Source: Euprymna scolopes (Eukaryota). From it: DNA of 64,000 nt. Under the pieces are notes generated by a model. That model worked only from the letters and a program-made list of their open reading frames with translations. It was not told the origin of the DNA and did not search any database. Every line of letters begins with the position of its first letter. The stretch's first letter is position 1. Made by a program: the position numbers and the translations under genes. Below are positions 51,101-64,000 of this stretch, piece by piece. The stretch lies in assembly GCA_053919585.1 (NCBI GenBank), contig CM132790.1. One strand, given 5' to 3'.

Positions 51101-54100
51101 GCTGCTTTCACCGACCCTCTAACCCCCCCGACCTTATGTATGCTGGGGTCCAGGATGACATTCCAGTCCCCCATTAAAACTACCTGCTCCGGACCCGAAG
51201 AGAGAAACACCTCCACTCGCGGATGTTAGGCGCATAAACTGCCACGATCCGAAACGCGCCGCTTTTAACGGCAACATCGACCACGACCAACCTCCCATGA
51301 GCGTCCGTGTGGACAAACGTTACCGTCGCAGACAGAGTGCGACTCACTAGTACAGAAACCCCCCGGCCATGGAGGCTGCCATATGCTGAGTAAACATCAA
51401 AATCGTTCACCAGCACATCGCAGTCCCCGGCCCCAACAAAGTGGGTCTCTTGTAAGGTGGCTACATCTACCTCAAGGGCCACGAGATCCTTCAGCATGCG
51501 AGCAGCCTTGCTTCGGGATCTCATGCCCCTCGTATTCAAACTAGCTAGATTTAAGCTCGTTGCCATGCTTCCACTACCTAGTAGTATTCGCCTACTAGGG
51601 GTCTAAAGTCCTCGGGAGAAAGGACGTCGAAGGTCTGGCCCAGACTGCCCTTGAGCAGGTCGGGCGTAAGCTGCCCGTTCCTGGCCAGACCCCCCACGTC
51701 CAAGGGGAACGACAGTTTAATAGCCCTATTGAAGGAGGGGTGAACATAAATGGGGACCCGTCCCTCGCACTGTTTAGCTATTTGTCCAAGTGATGGGTGC
51801 TCCTCGTCGACCAGCCTGAAACCCGGAAAAGTTGTTCTTCCAGCCTCCAGCATCCTCCATAAAGCCTTTGCTCTCCCTCCCCTATTTGGCCGAACGAACG
51901 TAATCAAGTTCGGGGCGTCAGCGAAATTGTGGGGGTCGATGACTTCTTTGCCGTCCACAGTTCTAGTTTCTCAAGCTGTCGGAGATTCTTCTTTTGAGTC
52001 CCATTAAGGTCCCCGACAGCGAGTTCTGCGTCACAAAGACGCTCCCCAGGCCGGAAAGGATATTTCCTGTTTTTTTCTGTCCTGGAGGGCACCTTTACTT
52101 CCTCTGGTCTTCCTTCCGCCGACGTTGCTTCTTGGTTGTCTGGAGTGTCCTTCTCTAGCTCCGGAGTGTTGAATAGGGGAGGGGTAGGCTGAGCATCTTC
52201 CTGGGGGAGTGATGCTGGAGGCTCAGCTTTCTGGTCATTATCCATGGACTCAGGGGGAGTCTCGTTGGTGTTGTCTTCTTGAGGAAGCTCTGTGGGGTGT
52301 CTCTGGGAGGCTCCTTCCTCTCCCTCTTTTCTTTCTTTTTATTCTTGGGTGTGGCTTCCTCCCCTTCCGACTCGGAGGAGCTTGTTTGGAGCTTCCTCTT
52401 TGCAGTTGCCGCAACTGCCCTCGATGTTGTAGGGACCACCTCCATCTTTTTGCCCTTCTTTCCGGCGATTGTACTCCATTCATTCTCCCCCTTCGTCTTC
52501 TCCGGCTTCTGCCCTTCTTCCTTCTGCTGGTCAGGTTTTTTTTGTGGCTGCTTCTTTTCTTAGAGGACAGAAGCGGGCCATATGTCCAGGCTTCAGGCAT
52601 TACCAGCACAGCGGTCTTCATCCTTCAACAATGATTGCCATATTCCAGCCCTCACACGTCAACTGAGCGGGGATCAGGTAGAAGTTCTTGCGTTCGACTC
52701 GCATGTATATCTTGTAAGTCCCCGTGATGATGTTCCGGGGGCCTTTGACTGGGTGCACCCCCTCCACCTCTCCAAACTGCGACAGCGTCGCTCCCAACAG
52801 GTCCTCCCCGATAAAGCACGGGACCCCCAGCACTGTCACCATTGCACGTCTTCTGGAGAGATACTCCGGTCGCAAACGAATGTCCTTCCACGTGAGGTCT
52901 CCCTTTGCCCAACTCATCGTCACTTCCTTTGACGGCAAAATGAGATCCCACGTGGAATGGTATCTCTTTACTAGATACTGGGCCGGGATCTTTAATTCGC
53001 CCAGTATTTCAATCATTTTCTCAAGGGAAACCCCAGTGAGCCCCTTCCCACCGGCATCAAAGGTGATGAAGAACAGCGTTCTCTGTTTAATATCCTCCAT
53101 ATATCGGGTAGGGTTTTGATCGGATTTCCCTCCATGTACTCCCGGTACTTATTCTCCAACAGATCTTTGTAGTATTCTGGAGTCTTGATATTGGTGTTGC
53201 TGTTGTCCTTCCACCAAGCTCCTGACTTCTGATATAGCCACCTCATTCTCTGCGGCATAATTTACTGGCGCACTAATCCGTTCCATTTGAGCCTTAGAAA
53301 GGCAGCCCAATTCACGATGGCACCAGGAGAATTCTTCTTGCTTTATCCACTTAGGTCCCTCATACCAAAGAGAAAGTTTTTCCTTAAATTTTCTTATGGT
53401 CAAACCTCTGGTGATGTAATCCGCTGGGTTTTCAATTGTCGATGAATACTTAAAGTTGACTTTTATGTTGAAATCACATTTGATCTTCTCTCTCATTTGA
53501 GCTATGTCCTGTAATCTATGTTGTAAAAACACGTTTTTCGTTTGGACGAAATCGGACAGAATCCAGGGCAGAACCACCTGAGCATCCGTGATTACATAGA
53601 CATCCTTAATAGTAATGTCCTTTAGTGACTCCTTTATAAAGGGGAGGCACTTCACGGCTAAAAATACCGCTAGAAGTTCTAACATCAGGAGGGATTTTCC
53701 CTGCTGAGGAGACATTTTTGCCTTTGCAAGGACCAAGGATGAGTTCCCATCCTGTACAGCGTACACCGCAAACCCATATGCGGCTTTAGATGCATCACAA
53801 AAGAAAAATAATTTGGTATCCTTTCCTTCATCTAAAGCTCTCCTTGGAAATGATACATTGTTTAACGCGGACAGATCCTTTGCCAGCGTTCTCCAAACTG
53901 AACTCATACTCTGAGGAACCACATCATCCCAATTTAATTTTTGTTTCCATATTTCTCTCATCAAGAGACGACCTCGCACTGTCACAGGTAGATAAAGAGA
54001 CAAAGGATCAAATACCTTAGAGGTCTCAGACAATATTTTCCTCTTAGTAGACGCCTCCACGTCGCATGATGGTGGGCAAACACTTATTGAATCTTGGACA

Positions 54101-57100
54101 GGGTCATATTGATATCCCAACACTTTTTCCCAACCAGAGTCGAATCCTGACAATGTTCCATCTGCCTCCATTTTCTTTTGGAGTGTTACACAGTTGGAAT
54201 TGCAAGATTGCAAATCAAAATTTCCTTTCTGTAAACATTCTCTCCTAGTAGTATACAAGGCAGATAGGTTTTCTGCATTATTTGCAGTTTTCACCAAGTT
54301 ATCCATATAAAAATTGGATTTCAATGTTTCTGAACAGTCATCCAAAGGGAACTTATCCGCATGAAACTTTAATACATAATTTAAAATAAAGGGGCTTGCA
54401 TTGAAGCCAAATATAATCGTTTTGTATCGGTAGCAATGCAAGTTTTTACCTTTCTTTAGAAAAAAGCAAAATCTATTACGATCCCTTTCAGATGCCAGCC
54501 GAATCATCAGAAATGCTTTCCTAATGTCAGCTAGCAATACGTATCGGTTTGTTCTGAATCGGATCATCAATTTTATCATGTCTGTCATCAGATTTACTCC
54601 AGGATATGCTGCTTCGTTCAATGATACTGAGTCCTTATTCTTATATGAACAATTAAACACTGGTTTCACTTTGGTAGTAGTCTGGTCAGTTAGTTTTAAC
54701 ACTGGCCTATGAGGTATCCATATATAATCTTTAAATTGTTCAGGTGGCACAATTATCTCTTCGATAATGCCCTCATCTTCTTGTTGTTGAAAAACTTGCA
54801 GATAGTGATTATACAAGTTTTTCTTCTCTAGATCTTTGGTAATCCTTTCTAGAACTCGAATAGCAGCATTGTGATTCGAAGGTACTGATTTTATTTTATC
54901 TTCATACCACTGAAGTTGCACATGATAAAGACCATCTTTAAATGTGATGGAATCTCGGAATTGCTTAACTTTCTCTTCATCCAAGGTGAAGAATTTCTCG
55001 TCAGTGGGTAATCCAATGGATTCAAGGTTGAACATGTTCTCCAACCCTCGCTGGACATTACTTTCTTCGAACCAATTTTTTAAAGGGTCTGGGTAGGATT
55101 CCTTTGGGTGAACCACATAATTGATTCTGGCAGGTGGAAGTTCAGGAGTTCTAGCCAACACTTCTGCATAATTAATCTGTGTTCTTTTTTGGTTTTTAAT
55201 CTGGTGTTTATAGAGAAAAGAACACCTGTTTCCAAAGGGGATTAATCCTTTTTGTGTCTCGAATGCCACTCCATACATGCAAGGGATTACCTTTAAAGGT
55301 TCCAGGTACTGGATTGCATCGAGTCCTAGTAACCCATCTATTATAATCAAATCCCTCTTGGCATCAAACTTTGCAGCCAGCCTGCGATTTTTTAAATTCC
55401 CAAGAATCTGAGTAAGTCCTTCAAGGCGATAGGATAAATTCAACTGGGTTGCTAGAATTGGGAGAGTATGAGTTCTCTCAATAACCAAATTTAATCCCAC
55501 AGAGATTTCCTTAAAATTTTTAGGACTAGTGCCTAAAAAGGTTTTTACCTCCATTCTTTTATCCTTGGCTAAGGAGAGGCGATTCAGCTTTTTTAAAATT
55601 AAAGTGTCAAAATAAGTCCGTTGACTGCCAGTGTCCAACAGGCAGTTCACCTTTACCTTTTTTTCGCCTCATATCACTATTATGCCAATTATGGGTGACA
55701 GGAAAGCATCATTATAGCCCTTTGTATGCAGGCAAGTATCAACCTGCATACTTCTTGTAATGGTTGAGTACATAGCAGTTATGTGTCCCTTCGAGTTGCA
55801 ATGATGACAACAAATTTTTCTTGATGTTTTTAATGGACACATATTCTCCAAGTGAGACCTCTTTAGGCACCGAAAACAGAGACGCAACTCTCTACACCTT
55901 GTTATCCTTGCTTCATGAGTAGAATAGCTGTCACAATCTTCGGACAAATGTTTATTTGTTTTGCAAAATTCACATTTTGCCTCGGATATTAACTTAGTAT
56001 TAAAGGTTTTGAGAGACGAGGTTTCAATTGTCTGCTCTGGCTTAAACTTAGGTTGGAGTCGAGTTTTGGCCATTAGTATCTTGGTCGGCTTTCTGGCAAC
56101 CAGCATCCGTTTTACTATACTTAGGGTTTCCTTCAACAGTGTAGACAATGTTGGGTATGAAATTCGTAACAGTTCTTCCCTATTTCAGGAGGGAATTTCG
56201 TAAATAACACTTGTGATATTATTATCGCTCTAGCTGACTTATCGTCATATAAGTCACAATTATAAGAGGCCCTTAGTTCCCACATATCTGCCTGGGTCTT
56301 GATCATAAAATTTTTTAATCCTTCCAGGTTTTTGGGATTGTCCAACTGAAAATCGAATATTTCCTTAATTATTTCCCCTCTTATCTCCTCCTCATCCAAC
56401 TACTGGTCCTTCAGTAGCTTCAGGGCCATCAAGTAACTTTCGTCAGAGGGTGAAAGATGATTTATAAGTTGGAGTGCTCTGCTTTCCAAGGAACATCTCA
56501 AAAAATAGAGTTTTTCAGTGTTAGACGTAATGGACTTGGCACAATTTTCAAATTTTGTCAAAAAGTCCTTGAAGATCCTCTTGTTGGTCTCAAAGTCCTT
56601 CTCATCAAAGCGTGTTCCCTTCAATTTTATCTTGAATGGCTCCACTGAAAATGAAGAATGGGCTTTTGGTTCGAAGGGTGGTAATCTTTCAGTGTTTGGA
56701 GTAACCGGGTTCTCCTGACTTGGAGTAGAGTCAATATCTCCTTCCATTGAAGTGGCTGTTGGGTTCTCACTCTGGTCAGCTTTGTGCAGAAAACTTAAAT
56801 GTTGCCTGGCTTCATATTTGAAGCAGAAGGAAGCTAGACTTAAGCTTGCCAACGCTTCTGCTTGTCCCCTTACAGCAAAGTGTTCCTCCATGCCAAAGGA
56901 GACTCCTTCCAGCTCTTCTAACCAGTCCTCTATTTCACGTTTAAATAGAGAAACCACTTCTTCAGAACTCTTCTCCTCCTTTTCTAACCCTTCCAGGGTA
57001 GTCTGTATTTTTCGTTGAAGAAGTTTCTGTTTCAGCTTCAGTTCCTCCATCGAGACTGAATCCTCCATGTTGTTAATTCCGACTTATCTCGAGAATAATT

Positions 57101-57526
57101 AAATTCTAAAGTTGGTTGAAATTCGCAGCCGGATTTTTTTCGTTACAATGTGTCGATATTTCCTACCGACGAGTGGTGGGGGAGGGGGAAGAAAAGACGT
57201 TTAGCTTGCAACGAAAAATTACCTCGTTGCTTACAAGCAAACGTATTCTTGTAAATATAACGCGCTGTTAACAGTTGTCGTACTGGTCTGATAGATCTCT
57301 AACAACGACAAGAACAAACTACAACAACAACAAGCCTACAAAGGTGACTCTTTTTATAGTCTCAATCTCTTGTTCAGCGAGATTGAAACGAGACTGAAAC
57401 GTCTATTTAAGCTATAAGGAATAGACATCCTATTTTCTTCATATTTTCTTCAGGCCGTTCACAGCCATGAGTGTCTTCCCTTCCCACCGAGCCACCCTCG
57501 GTAAGTCAATCAATTTAATTATCACA
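48105..57526 (-). mobile_element. BEL/Pao LTR retrotransposon 3 (integrase and U3 of the 3' LTR lost, LINE B in their place)
   Basis: 5' LTR 57151-~57526; 3' LTR remnant 48105-48273; Gag from 57068; 833-aa PR-RT-RH ORF 55650-53149. No TSD recoverable. Confidence 0.9.
48274..53215 (-). mobile_element. Tx1/L1-like LINE B (RT core deleted, 5' end fused to BEL-3 pol)
   Basis: ORF1 pieces 53100-51578. ORF2 from 51566 (SLNTRG, QETH, SDH, KSPGLDGLP), then a jump to GGLGMPDL and a CPHC…H…C finger. ~950-nt 3' UTR without poly(A). Confidence 0.9.
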
Positions 57527-57703
57527 CTTTAATTTAATTTTCCACACTACACTATAAACCACTCAGAAAATTTTGTGGACCCTCAGGATCCCAGAATCCA
57601 CACACAAAATGTAGAACGAATGTGGCTAGACGTAAAACAGTGGATTAAGCGGCCTGGTATTCGAGCAGAATTCCTGCAGCAATATCTAGCCAGGTATTTG
57701 TAA
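57527..57703 (+). pseudogene. Merlin transposase piece 4
   Basis: HYTINHSENFVDPQDPRIHTQNVERMWLDVK…QYLARYL (catalytic E). Confidence 0.9.
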
Positions 57704-58939
57704 GGAGTGAGACAGACAAGACGAAACTTTTGCCTAAATTTTTTTTACAGGCTGCTGCATTGTACAGACACAAGTCGGAACTTGGAGAGATTTCTTAAAA
57801 AAAAAAAAAAACTTCCTTCCTTGAAAAAAAAAAAAAAAAAATAAATATTAACCTCAACTTTTTCTTCCTTGTTAAGAACAAAACATTTTCTTTCTGTGTT
57901 AAAAAAAGGAAGGGGTATTAACCCGAACCCTTTCTTGGAAAAAAATAAGTGTACAAAAAGAAAAAAAAAATGTTCGCTTGTCTTTTTTCTTTTTTTTAGT
58001 CGGGGAGGGGGAGGTCATGCGCAGTGTGTTATCGGCTGTCTTGCATGACAAGAAACATGGTGGCAATTAAACTATTACCCGAAAGCATTTTTTTTCCATG
58101 TTATATTGTACAATAGTTCTAGTCTACGACACTATTAAATGCTTTTTTTTTTTTTTTAAGCAGCAGACCCGACTAGAGCTGTAAACAGTTGGATATTAAA
58201 AAAAACGACTTCTTAAAGGTAAATATTCGGGTGGTCCCCCAGTGCACTTTCACCTTAAGATTGAAATCTTAATTTGGCCACAAATGACGCGTGCAGGTTT
58301 TTCGACCCCTCGGCATTCACTTTTAATTTGTCAATGGATATAAGTTTTCGGGTACGTTGAGAACGAATATCACATTTATTTTTTGTGCAAACACGCAGTT
58401 ATCCATATTTGAAGACATTCAGTATCCAACGTAATAACTGTTGTTTTTGCTAGCGGCCATCTTATTTCCTATTTAGGAAAAAACGCCAAAGAAAGAGCCA
58501 AAAGAGCCAAAAACATTTTTCGGCTTCAATGACGAAATGACCCACGCCACCCCCACCCCACCGGATATTTTTTCGTTTCCCGATATCGAAACGGACAATC
58601 TTTATTTTCATTTTCTTAATTACATTAATTTTTTGGTAATCTGGAAGAAAGAGAGAGCCTGTTTACTCCGTTTGACAATAGGTGGCGTTACTGTCTGTCT
58701 GTCCACCTAGTTACGGAGGCACAAAATGTAAATAATGGCACCCTTGAAATAAAAATAAATGTTTATATTTTAATTTTAAACATATTTTTTTTGTTTTTGC
58801 GAACATATTTAAGTTTTATTTATTTATTTTTTTTTTCAAACATATTTACGTTTTTTTTTTTTTTTTTTAAATTTTGCTTTTATTTAATTTATTTATGTTT
58901 TATTTTTCCAAACATTTACGGTTTGTTGCTTGTTTATTT

Positions 58940-61900
58940 TGTTAAAAAAAAAATAATCCCGTTGAGGGGGGAGAGGGGTAAGTCGAGCGTAGGATCACGC
59001 TGGGTTGCAAAGGAGTCGCCCTTGCGACCCTTCCCTCAGGTTCAGGTAACAGAAGAGCAGGTTGGTAGAGGTATATAGGTAGAAGTAGACGGTAGAAAGT
59101 AACTAAGTACCGAACTGCCAGCAGGAGCGACTAGACTTGTAACACTTGCTAGCCACACCGAGGCAGAGTGGTTTGAGGTCACCTTTATAACAAAGGGAAA
59201 GCTCCTCTCACCACTCCTCCCAATCTATAAATAGGTGTCTCAACGAATGCACCTCTTGTACATTAACACGTCTAACGTGTGCTGCTCTGGTGACGCCGTC
59301 GTTACCTGGAATTAGGTTGGCAATAGTGCCTAAGCCCAAAATGGCCTGGGTTTTAGAGGGCTCTTGATTATGACTACGTCACCCTTCTGGAGTCGATCCC
59401 CAGATTGGGAGTGGGACTGCACTGGACCCCTTCTCCCTAATTCCAGGAGGTACTCCCTATACCAGCTTTTGTTGAAATCTGCGAGACACTGGTTCCTGCG
59501 TCCCAAGGACTGCATCAGCTCACTCCGACTGGCCGGCGTTAGTGCAGCTTCGTTTCCATCGTCCAATCATAGTAACAATTCTGGGCATTGATTAGGGCGG
59601 AGAAACATATTGGAGGTGACCGTGGTCGTACTCTTGTTGGCGGAAGACTGGTAGGTCAAAGGGCGGTTGTTGACTGACCTCTGTATGTCCGATATAACTG
59701 TGAGTAGAGTGAAATAATCTAGCTTGCCTTTACCGACAATCTTAAAAAGGCAGGTTTTAATTGTCCTTATACATCTTTCCCAAGTCCCACCATACCAAGG
59801 GGAGAACGGTGGGATGGTTCTCAGTTTCAGGTTGCACGGTCCATATTTATCCTGGTAGTCACGGAAGAGGTTCAGACGACTGAAAAGTTTTCCGGCTACT
59901 ATGAAGGTTCTTGCGTTGTCGCTATACAGAGCTTCAGGGACACCATTCTGATTGGAAAAGCGAATCAGGGCCTGGAAAAAGGAAGATATGCTCATATTGG
60001 GCACCACCTCAATGTGTACAGCTCGGATGTTCAAGCAAGTAAACAAAAGTAAATACACCTTTCGGTCGCTCTCTCCGTCGCTCACCCATAGATGACCAGT
60101 GAAGTCTATCCCAGAGTGTCGGTAGGGGGTGCAAAAATCAGTTCGATAGGAAGGTAAGTCAGCGGCAACATTGGGATGCATCGACCTAGAGTTGTACCGC
60201 TTACACCTCGCGCAGTCATACAAAACCTGGTTGACCGCTCGTCTTCCCTGGGGAACCCAGTATCCACGTCTCCTCAGCTCGACCAGGGTCGAACCAGTCC
60301 CAAGGTGACAACAAGCCTTGTGGCAGTCCAAAATAATGAGCCTTGTCACGGGGTGCTGCTTACCTATTAGGATGGGGTTCTTAATCTCATAAGAGAAGTG
60401 TATGGACGAGTCAATTCTACCCTTAGATCGAATCAGCCCATCTGGATCCAGAAAAAGGTCTAGGCTGCGTACCCTGGCCAGGATATGATCTCTGTCTGGG
60501 TCATTTAGGTATCCAATCTTCATGGGAAATTCCTGCTGTTGCATGGTCTTCATCAGGTAGTGACCAGCCTTGGATTCACAGTTCCACTGTTTATTAAGTC
60601 TGATTGCTATGAATTTGTAAACCAGAGACACGACCCTCAACAAACTAAAGAAGGACGAAAATCTGTCAAAGGGCACAACCAAGGGATGCCTCTCCTCATA
60701 CAAAACCGGATAATAAGCCACAGAGCGAGTCATCTGCTGACACGCCTCACTCAAGTAGGGAAGATCCCGCTCCGGCCACTGACCAATCCCTCCACTCAGC
60801 CGGGGGGGGGGGGGGATGCGCCGAAGCGCCATAGGTTGGGACAAGACCGAAATCGCCTCAAAGTAATGCCTCTCGTTATCAAATCAGCCGGATTAGATTG
60901 GATGTCCACGTACTTGAACAGAGTCCTCAAATCGTAGAGAGTCTCTATGTCAGAGCTCGTCTTCAGGATGTCCTCGAGTTGGTTCTTCGCAAAAATATTG
61001 TTGCACAACATAGTTTGCGACAGGAGCCATGACAAAACAACCTGAGCATCAGTGGTCATGCATAAGCAGTCAGGAGTGAATCCCTCACAGTTGTCCAGGA
61101 TAGTAGGAAGGCATTTGAAGGCCAGGAATACTGCCATCAATTCGAGGACTGGCAATGTTTTGTCCTTGATTGGAGCTACCTTGGCTTTTGCGAAAAGCAA
61201 TGAAGACTGGCCACCCTGTACGATATAGGTGGCAAATCCATAAGCATCACAAAACAGGTACATGTTCCCGGGCAGTCCAGGCATTACGCTCCTTCAGTCA
61301 AAGCGGACATCGCTCAATTTTGAGAGGTCTGCAGCAAGATTCCTCCAATCGTTCTGGATGGCAGGAGAGAGGGCATCGTCCCATCCCAGACCATCCTTCC
61401 ACATCATTCTGATCAGCACACAGCTCCGAATTGTAACAGGAAGGTAGAGAGAAAGCGGATCAAAGATCTTGGCCGCCTCGGAAAGGACACCTCTCTTTGT
61501 TGATGCACTGGCATCACATTTTGTATAAGGTACGTACAACTCCTCTGTGAGCGGAGAGTATTGATATCTGAGTACCTTCTCTCACTGTTCTTCATGGGTG
61601 CTCAGAGTGCCGTCCTCCTCCATCTTAGCACGGAGCGTCTTACAATTGGAATTACATGCCTGGAGAATGAACCCTCCTTCCTGCAGTTGCTGTCGAACCA
61701 GGGAATACATTGCAACAAGTTCGTCCCCATCAGCCATGGAAACGACAAGGTTGTCCACATAGAATCGGTCCTCCATCACCCCGCGGCAGGCATCTCGTAG
61801 GTATTTGCCAGCGTGTAACCTTAATATGCAACTCAATACGAACGGGCTGGAGGTGGTGTATCGGAAGCAGCGTAATCGATTTCCCTCCTTCAAAAAGAAG

Positions 61901-64000
61901 CAGAATCGATTCTTGTCCATCTCTAATTTTAGTCGGATAATAAGGAAGGCTCGGCGGATGTCTGCCAACAAAATGTAACGGTTGGCCCTGAATGCCAAAA
62001 TGTTCCCAGTCAAATTGACGCTTGAATATGCAGCTTCGTTCAGTGATAATCCGCCTCCCGTCTTTAAACTACAGTTAAAGACGGGCCTAATCTTGGTTAT
62101 CGCAGTTGGATCGGTCTTGTAGATCCGCTGATGGGGTATCCACACGTACTGGTTGAATTTCTGAGATGTGACAAAGATTTCCTCTATGATGCCATCTTCC
62201 TGCTGTAGCCGGAACACCTCCAAGTATTCATCGTACTTGTTCCTCCTTGTCAGGTCTGCAGCTACTCGGTCCAAGACACGCAATGACGTCGCGTGGGCAC
62301 CCTGCTCAGTTTATCCTGATGCTAAGGGAGCTCTACATAATAATTACCCCACGAAGCTCAACAGTCTTCTCAAACTGCTCAATCAGTTCCTTATCGTAGT
62401 CAGAAAACCCCTCTTGGTCCGGTATCCCTAGAGTCTCCAGGCTGACCATTCTCTCCAGTCCTCTTTGCACGGTGCTGTCCGGAAAGCAGTCCTCGAAGGG
62501 ATCGAAGTAGGTCGGTTGAGCCTCCAACACAAAACACAGGTGGGAGGTGTCGACCTGAGGAGTGTGATCTATTATGGTGTTGAATGACAGGAGATTTACT
62601 TCACAGGGAGAAACGTCATTCAAAGAGGAGGAGTCGACCCTCTCGAATGGCACCAATCCAGGCGCAATCGAAAAGGCCCAGCACCCCAGACACCGAACAA
62701 GGTTAAATGGATCCAAGTGTTGAATGAGGTCTAGGCCAACCACCCCCTTAATGGTTATCAATTTAGAACCTGTCTCAAACCGGCCAGCCAATGAATAGCC
62801 CGCCTCTCCCAAGGCTCGCAACAGAGACTGCAAATCGCGCAACCGGACCGACAAATCAATGCATTCAGACACCAAAACCGGACACCCTCTGGTATTTCCT
62901 GAGCCCAAGTCCGTTTGCAGGATAACCTCCGTGAACTGTCGTTGACATTCTCCATGAAACGTGGATAGTTTAAGCTGGCGAAGGGTCCCAATGGACCCAG
63001 CAGGGCACAGTTCTTCTAATACATCAGCTGACAAATATGAGCGTCCGCTGCCAGTGTCCAACAAGCAATTCACTGAAACAGTTTTTATTCCGCAGTAGAA
63101 GGTGACCGACAATATGGGAGGCAAGGTTGTTGAGTATCCTGATGACTTAGCATATGTAGCATCTACACCAAATGAAGGAGTGACAGAAGTCCATTAATTG
63201 GATTTCCTCATTTCACTTCAGCTTGAGGCAGGTGGAGGAGGGAGCGAGGAACCAGGCCGGCCCTTCACCTGCAGTCGCTTAATGGCTTCGATTGTAAGCC
63301 CCAGAATGGATGACAATGGTGGTACTATCTTATTTGTGAGGGCTATTAATTCCCCCTTCAGGTCACATGATAGTTTCCCGAAAAGTACCTTTGCCATAAG
63401 GTGAGCCCCGCTCGAGCTGTCCACGGAAAAATCACACGAGAGAGAGTTACCCAGCTCCTCCAACAAAGATGCCATTCTGGAAACAAATTCTCCTAGTTCG
63501 GAGAGTGGTGCGTTCTTTGAAGGTGTGAAGTCCAATATGTCCTCGAATATCAGGTCAATAGTACTGTCAAGGTCCAAGAACTCGTTCTTGAGTACTGTCA
63601 TGGCCCGAGCATAATTTGCATCAGTGCAGCTGTAGTGACTGATCAACTGCAGGGCTCTATCCGTCAAGGAACACTTTAGGAAATTTAATCTTTCCGCATC
63701 AGTGGCCATGCTGGCCATGCAGTTCTCGAATCTGGTCAAGAAGTTCCAGAAACATAAACGGTCAGTCGCCACTTCTCGGCCGCTAAAGGTAGGGCCCGTA
63801 ATCTGTAGTTGAGGGGGGCTTGACAATGAACGAGGCAGTAGGCCTTCCAGGGATCGATGAAGTTCCAGAGCATTGGGGCTCTGATTCCAAACTGAGAGGG
63901 GGTTTAGGTAGCTTGAAGATTGAATCCAACTCCGCCAAAGTGTCCAGGTAATTACTCATCAGAGGTACCCAAAGGCTCTCGCTCTCAGCAAAGGTCCTCC
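58940..64000 (-). mobile_element. BEL/Pao LTR retrotransposon 4 (decayed; 5' end outside window)
   Basis: Fragmented Gag-PR-RT-RH-IN most like BEL-1 (LLDTGSGRSY, FYVDN, GIDFTG, WER). Probable truncated 3' LTR at ~58940-59220. Confidence 0.9.

Larger units (their letters stand above)
20046..58254 (+). mobile_element. Merlin (IS1595/ISXO2-like) DNA transposon, ~1.9 kb when nested insertions are removed
   Basis: Long imperfect TIRs: GGTGAAAGTGCACTGGG…CGAATATTTACCTTTAAGAAG at 20046 and its reverse complement ending at 58254. The transposase is split into four colinear pieces. No TSD seen. Confidence 0.88.

Noticed and set aside
53149-53260. Functional BEL Pol-LINE ORF1 fusion protein
   Set aside because: The frames do not join and both elements are otherwise disrupted; best explained as a deletion junction.

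Overview
Animal (eukaryotic) genomic DNA, not prokaryotic. 1-10.2 kb holds the last four exons of an acid-sphingomyelinase-like phosphodiesterase gene (SMPDL3 family, probable GPI tail). Its introns and downstream region carry decayed LINE pieces, a Penelope-type hammerhead ribozyme repeat and other small repeats. 20.0-58.3 kb is one nested stack: a ~1.9 kb Merlin (IS1595-like) DNA transposon expanded to ~38 kb by three BEL/Pao LTR retrotransposon families, a 0.6 kb foldback MITE, two Tx1/L1-like LINEs and a Copia element. A fourth BEL/Pao element runs off the right edge. Main findings: (1) The BEL/Pao elements have no tRNA primer-binding site. Instead, the 10-13 nt starting 2 nt after the 5' LTR are complementary, with family-specific covariation, to the 3' arm of a conserved hairpin inside their own LTR, which suggests self-priming. 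(2) Two BEL/Pao integrases end in a TAF3-like PHD finger plus AT-hook. (3) Two different poly(A)-less Tx1-like LINEs sit at the equivalent position of BEL/Pao LTRs, ~30-40 nt downstream of the TATA box, suggesting a promoter-targeting hyperparasite. (4) The Copia element carries a copy of the whole 39-nt 5' half of tRNAi-Met. All coordinates were read by eye and no searches were run, so novelty is unverified.
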